Source: a virus
Taxonomy: Duplodnaviria; Caudoviricetes
Virus record (IMG/VR): IMGVR_UViG_2974556156_000001
Location: 1 to 64,000 of that record
Reading direction: 5' to 3' (one strand)
Length of the DNA stretch: 64,000 nucleotides
Part shown: positions 45,580 through 52,998 of the stretch, one piece after another
How the letters are laid out: each line of letters begins with the position of its first letter
Numbering within the stretch: the first letter of the stretch is position 1
Made by a program: the position numbers and the translations under genes
Notes under the pieces: generated by a model
What the model was told of the DNA's origin: nothing
The model's database searches: none
The model's input: the letters and a program-made list of their open reading frames with translations, nothing else

Positions 45580-46346
45580 CAGCTCAGCTCCTTGTATCGG
45601 GCCAGGAAGCGGCGCTTCCAGTACCAGCTGGTGCCGGCCCACCAAGCCCGCGAGATGCGCTTCTTGAGCGGCGTGACCAGCTCCAACATCTTCCACTGGC
45701 GGCCTTCCTTCGGCAGGAGGTCGCGCTTCTCGGTGGCCAGCATGGTCCGGTCGGCGTGCTTGACGTCGGCGGCGATCTTGGGGTCATCCATGAAGACGCC
45801 GAACTTACGGAAGAGCGCCGCCTCGCCCCTCTTCTCGAACTCGACGTACCGGCCGCCCATGTTGACCTTCATCGGCGTGGCGATGTCGTTGCCAAGCGCT
45901 TCGAAGGCGTCGTGCAGAAGACGAGCACGCGCGAAGCCGGTGCGAGGGTCGCCGATGTAGCTGGCGCGGACGCAGTGCTCGGCGACGCTGTAGAAGCGAC
46001 GGGTGTGACCCGTGAACCGGCCGATGTGGCTCAGCGCATGGGCGATCACCTCGATCGTGACGTCACTGACGTCGGCCGTCTCGAAGTTGTAGTAGCGACC
46101 GTTGCTGAGCATGATCTCGGGCAGGATCGACGGCTTCTCCGGCGGCTCAACCAGTTCTTCGGTCGGGCCGTCGAACAGGATCATACCGTCACGACCGACG
46201 ATCTTGGTCCAATCGATCCCCTCCTGCTGGCCGCCGAACTCGACGGCCAGCCGGTGGGTGGCCACTTCGGAGGTGACCGGGGTGAACTCGACCTCAACCC
46301 GGTTGGCGCGGATCAAGGTGTCGGGGTAGTAGAGCTTGCTCTTCAT
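45579..46346 (-). CDS. HD-domain phosphohydrolase (YfbR/YfdR-like 5'-deoxynucleotidase)
   Basis: IAHALSH..RF.GH...YSVAEH, LLHDAFEA...D, VKHAD..MLATE.RDL. Confidence 0.85.
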   Translation of the reverse strand: MKSKLYYPDTLIRANRVEVEFTPVTSEVATHRLAVEFGGQQEGIDWTKIVGRDGMILFDGPTEELVEPPEKPSILPEIMLSNGRYYNFETADVSDVTIEVIAHALSHIGRFTGHTRRFYSVAEHCVRASYIGDPRTGFARARLLHDAFEALGNDIATPMKVNMGGRYVEFEKRGEAALFRKFGVFMDDPKIAADVKHADRTMLATEKRDLLPKEGRQWKMLELVTPLKKRISRAWWAGTSWYWKRRFLARYKELS

Positions 46347-47527
46347 CACAGCGTCCTTTCACGGCCGTGGAACTTGATCGCGACGCCGCCCTTGGGCACG
46401 CCACGCTTGGTCAGACGCAGGTATTCGATGGTCACCTGGTCGCCGGGCTGAGCCTCGGTCAGCAGGCGCTTCAGGCGCTCGTCCTTCGAGCCCTTCACGC
46501 CGGCCTTGAAGACCTTGCCCTCGGCGTCTTCCAGCTCGACGGCCTTGAGGAACCCGGCGTAGTTGCCCTTGCCCTCGATCGCCTTGCGCAGGGTGAACTC
46601 GCCATCCTGGGTGACCTTGTGCTTCTGGTTGCCCTTCGAGCGCGTGCCGCCCTCGTAGGGGATGTCCAGCTTGCACATCGCGCCTTCGTAGTTGCGCTTG
46701 ACCATATCGGTGCGGAAGGCGGTCACCGCCTCCTCGCTATTGAGCCAGGACGCCCCGACTAGCACCAGATGGTGCTCCTTGTTGACCAAGGCAGCGTAGT
46801 CGTCGTGCTCGGTCCACCCGCTGGCGAAGACCTCGTAGAAGTCCAGGACCAGCAGCTCCTTGCGCTTGCTGAGCGGCAGCTGGGCGACCGACGGGTAGTC
46901 GTAGATGTGGGCCGACATCAGCTTGGACCGCTCCAGGTCTTCGGCCGACGGGTTCTGCTTCTTCAGGATCGACGACAGGGTCTCGAAGTCGTCGCAGAAG
47001 TCGTGGTTGTAGAGTTCGCCGTGCAGGATCGCGTCGGGGAACTGGGCGAAGAACGGCGATAGCGCCGACATGATGTGCGGCGCGGCGACGATCGGCTGAC
47101 CCTCGCGGCTGGTCATGCCCGACGCCTGGGCGATGAAGCAGAAGCCGTCGAACTTAGGCTCGACGGCCATCAGGTGCGCGTAGTCGCCTCGGCCGGCGTG
47201 GGCCAGGGCGTACTTGATCGACTTCTCGAAGCCCATCTCGCTGTACTTGATCGCCAGCTGGGGTGCGAAGTAGCGCGGACCCTTACGGGCTTCCTCGATC
47301 GTCTCGAAGTAGTCTCGCTTGAGCTGGTACTCGTAGCCCGACTTGATCTCGAAGGCGGCCTGCTCGACGTTCGTGCGCCCTTGCTTGCCGACGCAGTCGG
47401 TCCATGCTGAGCAGGTCATCTCACCATCCAGCAGACCATGGTGGGTCCGGTGGCGGCTGCCGTCCTGTTCCATAAACCAGACGCGCACACGACCGAGCTT
47501 GTCGATCGTATAGATCTGACGGTTCAT
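46346..47527 (-). CDS. ATP-dependent DNA ligase
   Basis: EPKFDG adenylation motif, LHGELY, YEGAMCK, OB-fold end. Confidence 0.92.
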   Translation of the reverse strand: MNRQIYTIDKLGRVRVWFMEQDGSRHRTHHGLLDGEMTCSAWTDCVGKQGRTNVEQAAFEIKSGYEYQLKRDYFETIEEARKGPRYFAPQLAIKYSEMGFEKSIKYALAHAGRGDYAHLMAVEPKFDGFCFIAQASGMTSREGQPIVAAPHIMSALSPFFAQFPDAILHGELYNHDFCDDFETLSSILKKQNPSAEDLERSKLMSAHIYDYPSVAQLPLSKRKELLVLDFYEVFASGWTEHDDYAALVNKEHHLVLVGASWLNSEEAVTAFRTDMVKRNYEGAMCKLDIPYEGGTRSKGNQKHKVTQDGEFTLRKAIEGKGNYAGFLKAVELEDAEGKVFKAGVKGSKDERLKRLLTEAQPGDQVTIEYLRLTKRGVPKGGVAIKFHGRERTL

Positions 47528-47555
47528 CCTTATATTCCTTGAGCTGAGAAGTGGA

Positions 47556-47903
47556 TCAGCGAAGAGCTGGGTTCTTGGGGATAGAGTAGAGAATGAACCA
47601 CCCACGATCGCGGCCGGTACACATGTTGTGCGTCCCGCGAGCGAGGGCGGCTCGGGCGTTCAGGATCTTCTCCTCGTCGCTTTCCGGCCAGGTGGGGCTG
47701 TCCGCATGCTTGATGGAGACGATGTAGTTCCGCATCGACTCCCGTCCGAGATCGGTGGGCGGGGTGATGGCGACGGCGATGGACTCCATCACCGTCTCAT
47801 CCTTCAGCGAATTAGGTTCCAGACCGAGCACGGCGGCGATCTCGTCGAGGTTACCGCCGTGCTGATGGTAGATGGCCTCGATCTGGGCCTCGCTGTAGGT
47901 CAT
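47556..47903 (-). CDS. hypothetical protein
   Basis: ATGA-coupled to sbcC, 115 aa; short HTH-like N-terminus. Confidence 0.7.
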   Translation of the reverse strand: MTYSEAQIEAIYHQHGGNLDEIAAVLGLEPNSLKDETVMESIAVAITPPTDLGRESMRNYIVSIKHADSPTWPESDEEKILNARAALARGTHNMCTGRDRGWFILYSIPKNPALR

Positions 47904-49978
47904 TCACTGGCTCCGAGGCGGATCGACTGCACGTTGGTGTCGACCGGCTTGTGGGTGACTAATAGCACTTGTTGTACGCGCTCCTGCAAAGCCTGCAAGA
48001 CCGCCCCGGTCATTTCTGCGCGATCAGCATCCATGCTGGCGTCGATCTCATCGGCCAACATCAGCGGGAAGATGCGGTGGGTGAGCACCTGACCGAGCGC
48101 GATACGTAGAGCCAGGTTGGCACAGGCCTTGCCCGATCCCGACAGCGTCTCCAGATCCTGGGTGTCGACGAGAACGTCGAAGTTCTCGTCGACCTGGATC
48201 AGGCTGCGCTGCCCACCGGTCATCTTCCGCAGGAGCTGGCTGGCCACCAAGTTCAGGCTCGGCAGGACGTGCTGCTTGATCAGGCCGCGCAGCACCGCCA
48301 TCACCTCCCGAACCTTGCGCAGCTCCTTGGCCTCGGTCTCCAGGGCGACGATAGCTGCGCGGCCCTCGTTGTAGGCCTTCAGCGTCCGCTCGTATTCGGC
48401 GACCGTGCGCTCGTAAGCTTGGGCCGCCTCCAGCTCGACCTCCAGGCTGGCGACCACGTCGGCCGCCCCAACGATGGCCTTCTGGCGGGAGAGCTTCTTC
48501 AGCCGCTCGGCCTGCCACGCTTCCCAGTCCTTCTCGGCGATCTGGAACTGGGCGAGCGAGGTCTCGTAGGCGACGCGCTCGGCGCGCATCGCCTCAAAGT
48601 CGGCCATGCCGTCGAGCCGAACCTTGAGGGGCTTCAGCTCGGCTTCCAGCTGGGCGCGGCGCTCGACGTTGATGATGACCTGACGGGCCTGGTCGATTTC
48701 CTGGCCCGACAACGATGGCTTAACGGCCTCAGGGACCGCTTGCTTCAGCTCGTACTCCGTCCAGTCGTAGGTCTCGATCACCTTGATCATGTTGTCGATC
48801 GCGAAGGCGGGCACGGCTGGTGTCGCCGGCCGCTCAGTAACCAGCTGCAGCTCACTGGTCGCCTTCTCGATCGCGTCGTCCAGGCGCTTGACGGCCTCCT
48901 GGTCCGGCACGAAGTCGTGGGTGCAAGCCGGACAGTTGACGTGCTCCAGCGTGTCTCGCTGGGCCTCCAGGCCCTGGATGACGGCCTGGAGACGGTCGTT
49001 CATCTCGTGGATCGCGATCAGCCGCCAGGCTTCCTGCATCTCCTGCAGCTGCGGGACCGTGTAGGTCGGCTGCGGGTTCTGGCGCAACCAGGCTTGGGCC
49101 TCCTCCCAGGCGCGGTAGGCAGTCCACGCCTGCTCCACCTGGTCCAGCAGCTCGGCCGAGTAGATGATCGACGTCTGCAGGGGATGGATCGCCACTTCCA
49201 GCGCCGAGACCTGCTGGCGCAGCTCCTTGCGTGTGTTGGCCAGACCTTCCAGCTCGGCGGCCGACAACGTGATGTTGGTCTCGGGCTTGGTCGGTCGGGG
49301 GCGATCGACAGCCAACCAGCCGTTCAGCTCGTTCAACTCGGCCAGCACGCCGCGAGCCTCGGCCAGCTTGGGTTGCAGATCGCTCGACGGAATGTAGGTC
49401 GCGTAGGGCCGGGGCTCGGCTGTCGGCGGGACCAGGCGGTCGAGGAGAGCCTCGACCTGCTTGTCGATCACACCGGCCTCGCCGACCGCCCACTTAACGA
49501 CGTCGTCGAGCATGTTGAGGCCCAGGACGCTGTCGACCATAGCCTTGCGCTCGGTCGGCTTCATCTTGCCCAGCGCCTCGACCTCGCCCTGGTTGATCGA
49601 GTTGGCGATGTCGAAGACAGCCATGCCGAAACCCAGCTCTTCCAAGACCTTCTGGTTGACGGGCTTGGTGCCGGTCGCAACGGTCACACCGTTGCGCTTC
49701 ATCGTCGCCTTGCTGGTCGTGCGTTCGATCTCGATCGAGTTGCCTCGGATCGTGAACTCGCCAACACCATGCAGGGTCTTGTAGTGGTCGGACTTGCCTC
49801 GCAAGGCTGATGTTCCGAACAACAACCAGCGGGCGATCTCGAAGATCATCGACTTACCGGCTTCGTTCGGGCCAGTGATCGCCCAGAAGCCTGAGCCGAT
49901 TGTCACGTCGGCTGACAGCTTGCGTCCGTGGGGCAACGGGGTTGGAAAGTGGACGGAGTACTTAAGCCGGTTCAGCAT
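47900..49978 (-). CDS. sbcC: SbcC/Rad50-like SMC ATPase
   Basis: GPNEAGKS Walker A, coiled coil with CPAC zinc hook, LSGSGK signature, LADEID Walker B. Confidence 0.92.
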   Translation of the reverse strand: MLNRLKYSVHFPTPLPHGRKLSADVTIGSGFWAITGPNEAGKSMIFEIARWLLFGTSALRGKSDHYKTLHGVGEFTIRGNSIEIERTTSKATMKRNGVTVATGTKPVNQKVLEELGFGMAVFDIANSINQGEVEALGKMKPTERKAMVDSVLGLNMLDDVVKWAVGEAGVIDKQVEALLDRLVPPTAEPRPYATYIPSSDLQPKLAEARGVLAELNELNGWLAVDRPRPTKPETNITLSAAELEGLANTRKELRQQVSALEVAIHPLQTSIIYSAELLDQVEQAWTAYRAWEEAQAWLRQNPQPTYTVPQLQEMQEAWRLIAIHEMNDRLQAVIQGLEAQRDTLEHVNCPACTHDFVPDQEAVKRLDDAIEKATSELQLVTERPATPAVPAFAIDNMIKVIETYDWTEYELKQAVPEAVKPSLSGQEIDQARQVIINVERRAQLEAELKPLKVRLDGMADFEAMRAERVAYETSLAQFQIAEKDWEAWQAERLKKLSRQKAIVGAADVVASLEVELEAAQAYERTVAEYERTLKAYNEGRAAIVALETEAKELRKVREVMAVLRGLIKQHVLPSLNLVASQLLRKMTGGQRSLIQVDENFDVLVDTQDLETLSGSGKACANLALRIALGQVLTHRIFPLMLADEIDASMDADRAEMTGAVLQALQERVQQVLLVTHKPVDTNVQSIRLGASE

Positions 49979-50189
49979 TTTCGATGAGCCTCTGGCATGT
50001 GCGGAACAGGGCCTCAACCTCACCACGGCGGTGGCGGTTCTGAGCGGCCCAGACAGCATGGTTGTCGCGGTCGACCTCGGTGTAGATCGTCCGCAAAAGA
50101 GCGCGTTGGGGATCGGTAAGCGGCAGGTTGTCGATGCACCAGGCGAAAGTCGTCAGGCGGTCGATCTTGCGGAACTGTTCAGGCGACAT
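49962..50189 (-). CDS. small hypothetical protein between sbcD and sbcC
   Basis: ATG 50189 overlapping the sbcD end, 75 aa. Confidence 0.6.
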   Translation of the reverse strand: MSPEQFRKIDRLTTFAWCIDNLPLTDPQRALLRTIYTEVDRDNHAVWAAQNRHRRGEVEALFRTCQRLIENAEPA

Positions 50190-51198
50190 TCTGGTCGTCG
50201 TCTTCCAACTTCTTCTCGGAGATCTTCTCGCGGACCTTCTCGGCCACATCGGGCCGCAACCCAACCTGGTTGATGGCCTGGCCCAGTAGCTGGTCCAGGT
50301 CGAAGGCCTCGAAGTCGACCTCGTTCAGCTCGCCCGTCTCCTCGACGCCCTCACGGACGACGATCAGGGAGAGGCAATCGATCGGAATGTCGAGCACCTC
50401 GTCGCGGGCCATCGTGATCCGCAGGTTCTTGTCGACGAAGGCGTCCGGGTCGGCCAGGACCTGGGCCAAGGTGCGGGTAACGTACAGACGCTCCTCACCA
50501 TCTTGGCTGTGGTCGTAGGGTTGCATCGAGCCTGTAACGTGAACAGGGATGCCAGCGATGATCTCGTCGCGCTTGTTGTGGTCGTGACCCGTGACGACAC
50601 GGCTGACGCCCAGAGCGGCCAGCTCGGCAGCGGGAACGTAGTTGTCGCTGGCCTCCTGCCGGCGGTCGACGTCCCAGTGGCCGTAGGCGATGACGCTGAA
50701 GCCCTGCTTGATGGCGTTCTCGATCGTGCCAGCAACGCCCGCGACCAGCTCCTTGGCGGTCTCGACCGGATGCCAGGGGAGGAAGACGTGAACTTCCTTC
50801 TCGTCCTCCAACGGCAGCCAGCCCGGTACGTCGTCGTAGATTTCGATCCGGCGACCAGGGCTCAGACTGGCGACGACCAGCTTGAAGATCTGGAAGGCCG
50901 TGATCTTCTCGACATCGCGGCTGGCGTCGTGGTTGCCCCGGTAGAGGATGTACTTGACCTGGGGGTTGCGGCCGGACGCTTCGGCGTAGGCTCGGGCCGC
51001 TCGGAAGATCACGCCGTAGGGGACGATCGCCTCATCGAACAGGTCGCCGACCTGGATGTGGATGTCGCCCGGCGACACGTCGTTCAAGTGGGCTTCGAAC
51101 TCGGCCCACTGCATACGTTCCCGGTCGCCCCGGCGGTGCAGTGGGACGTTGTTCTTGAAGCGCTTGCCCAGGTGGACATCGCCGAGGAGTTTGATCAT
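50179..51198 (-). CDS. sbcD: SbcD/Mre11-like metallophosphoesterase nuclease
   Basis: GDVHLG, GDLFD, GNHD, GHW, TGHDH motifs. Confidence 0.9.
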   Translation of the reverse strand: MIKLLGDVHLGKRFKNNVPLHRRGDRERMQWAEFEAHLNDVSPGDIHIQVGDLFDEAIVPYGVIFRAARAYAEASGRNPQVKYILYRGNHDASRDVEKITAFQIFKLVVASLSPGRRIEIYDDVPGWLPLEDEKEVHVFLPWHPVETAKELVAGVAGTIENAIKQGFSVIAYGHWDVDRRQEASDNYVPAAELAALGVSRVVTGHDHNKRDEIIAGIPVHVTGSMQPYDHSQDGEERLYVTRTLAQVLADPDAFVDKNLRITMARDEVLDIPIDCLSLIVVREGVEETGELNEVDFEAFDLDQLLGQAINQVGLRPDVAEKVREKISEKKLEDDDQNVA

Positions 51199-51215
51199 GA
51201 GCTGACCCTGAGATG

Positions 51216-51253
51216 GAAAAGAGAAGGCCGGCTGCCATGATAGCAGCCGGCCT
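51216..51253 (-). terminator. Rho-independent terminator
   Basis: AGGCCGGCTGC/GCAGCCGGCCT stem followed on - strand by TCTCTTTT. Confidence 0.7.
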
Positions 51254-51280
51254 GGTACTTCGGTAGTGGGAGACGACGAA

Positions 51281-51709
51281 TTACTTCGTGCGTTCCAGGT
51301 AGATGACCGTGACCTTGGTCGTCTCGGCGTAGAGATCGACGCCGGGGTAGAGCCGGTTCAGTTCGGGCGTCATACGATCCTGATCGGTGACGCCGACTTC
51401 CGACGGGCTCTTGAAGAACAGGTGGTTGTCGCCGGCCAGTTGCTTCAGGTTGTCGTAGGGGCCTTCGACGATCTGGGTGACCTTGGCCTCGCCCAGGTCG
51501 GGTTCGCCTTCGACGGCCGACTTCAGCTTCACGGTGTCGCCGACAGCCAGCTTCTTGTCGAAACCGACGCGGAAGGTGTTGAAGACGTCGCCGACCCCGA
51601 CGGTCGACAGGTCTTCGAACTTCAGCGCCTTACCGACCGGATCGGTCAGGGCTTCCGGCGGCGGGGCGGCGTTGGTGTCAGTCACCAGCGGGGATTCGTT
51701 CTTCGACAT
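51281..51709 (-). CDS. ASCH/PUA-like domain protein
   Basis: NTFR.....VGD.V.L.....GEAKV..I ... LYP......VTVIYLE pattern. Confidence 0.55.
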   Translation of the reverse strand: MSKNESPLVTDTNAAPPPEALTDPVGKALKFEDLSTVGVGDVFNTFRVGFDKKLAVGDTVKLKSAVEGEPDLGEAKVTQIVEGPYDNLKQLAGDNHLFFKSPSEVGVTDQDRMTPELNRLYPGVDLYAETTKVTVIYLERTK

Positions 51710-52265
51710 CGGAGGCTCCGAACTTCTGCTTGGCGGTCAGGATGACGGCCAGTTGGTGGAAACTATCGTCGAGCGCGTGGTGGGCGTTACCCACCATGGG
51801 CACTTCACGGTCAAACGCAGGAGCGCCCGGATTGCCGCGCATACCCCTGATGAAAGACTGCATATCGACAACGTCCCGGAAGTGGAAGGGGTTGTCGACT
51901 TCGAACTCGCGGAAGTAGCTCTCGAACCACGGCCACTCGAAGGTCGCGGGCTTGGCCCACAGGCGGGGAGAGTGCAGAGCGCCCGAAGTTTCACGGACGA
52001 ACTTCTTAATCTGCTCCAGGCCGTCGCGCGGATGGATCGGGTTCTCGGTCACCCGGCGGAAGACCTCAGGCGGCTGGCCAGCCCACCAGTTGCGAGTGCC
52101 CTCGTCCCAGCGGCGGGTCGGCGGCATCCACATGTTCACACACAGGCTCGGGCCGATCTCGCCGGTGTCGTAGTTGAAAGCGACCAACGCCGCCTGGATC
52201 ATCGCACCCTTACCGGAGTCGGTATCGGTGGTTTCGATGTCCGTCATGAAGTCATAGAACGCCAT
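51678..52265 (-). CDS. DEDDh 3'-5' exonuclease (Rv2179c-like)
   Basis: DIET, WAKPATFE (ExoII), HHALDD motifs. Confidence 0.85.
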   Translation of the reverse strand: MAFYDFMTDIETTDTDSGKGAMIQAALVAFNYDTGEIGPSLCVNMWMPPTRRWDEGTRNWWAGQPPEVFRRVTENPIHPRDGLEQIKKFVRETSGALHSPRLWAKPATFEWPWFESYFREFEVDNPFHFRDVVDMQSFIRGMRGNPGAPAFDREVPMVGNAHHALDDSFHQLAVILTAKQKFGASDVEERIPAGD

Positions 52266-52681
52266 TGTAGTCCCTTGTTGATCAGTTCGTACTTGGGGAT
52301 GGAAGACTTGCCGCAGTCCCGATAAAATTCGATCAGGTCATACGGGATCTTGAACCACTCATCGGTAGCGATGAAGTGCATATAGACGAAGTACGGCCCA
52401 CCGGCGGCTCGGATCATCTTCGCGAATGCTCGCTGCGTCTTCTTCAGCAGCTTGAACTCGAAACGATCCACGTCGGTGATCGTCGACTTCACCTCAGCGT
52501 AGTGGATCACACCGTTCTCCGTCACCAGCCGGTCGGCTGGCTGGGCGTCGATGTGAACCACCCGCCGGTTCTGCCCAGTCGCCTTGCTGGCGTCGGTGAA
52601 GGCGAAGACGTGAGCCAGCTTTCCTTGACGGGTCCAGAACTCGTCGAACAGCTGCTCGCTAAGCTTGCCAGTGTTTTTCAT
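52244..52681 (-). CDS. PD-(D/E)XK nuclease, probable RecU-like Holliday junction resolvase
   Basis: KNTGKLSE..F, PAD, YAEVKST, Q..F motifs. Confidence 0.75.
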   Translation of the reverse strand: MKNTGKLSEQLFDEFWTRQGKLAHVFAFTDASKATGQNRRVVHIDAQPADRLVTENGVIHYAEVKSTITDVDRFEFKLLKKTQRAFAKMIRAAGGPYFVYMHFIATDEWFKIPYDLIEFYRDCGKSSIPKYELINKGLQWRSMTS

Positions 52682-52998
52682 CGCTCGATCTTGATGTTGG
52701 GCATGCGCTTGAGGAACTTGCCCGTCTTCAGGTTGATGGTGGTCGGCTTGGGCTGTTCGGCGCAGCGCTCAATCTTCCACTTCTCCTCCCACCGTTGCCG
52801 AGCATCCTTCATCTGTTGGGTCGTGGTGGGAGGAAACTCCTTGGGGAAGCTGCCAGGGTCGATCCAGATGATCTTGGCCTCGGCGAGGACCTCCTTCATC
52901 TGGTCGTGGCGGTACTCGAACATGCCGACCCAGGCGAAGTCCATGTTCCGCTCACGCCCCTGGCGGCGCACGTCTTCGAGGAAATCTTCAAGGGTCAT
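52678..52998 (-). CDS. hypothetical protein
   Basis: ATGA-coupled to polA, 106 aa. Confidence 0.7.
   Translation of the reverse strand: MTLEDFLEDVRRQGRERNMDFAWVGMFEYRHDQMKEVLAEAKIIWIDPGSFPKEFPPTTTQQMKDARQRWEEKWKIERCAEQPKPTTINLKTGKFLKRMPNIKIER

Noticed and set aside
44782-46346. Firm call of a 2-aminoadenine (Z) genome system
   Set aside because: No PurZ/adenylosuccinate-synthetase-like ORF in the window; YfdR-like HD and MazG proteins are common in ordinary phages
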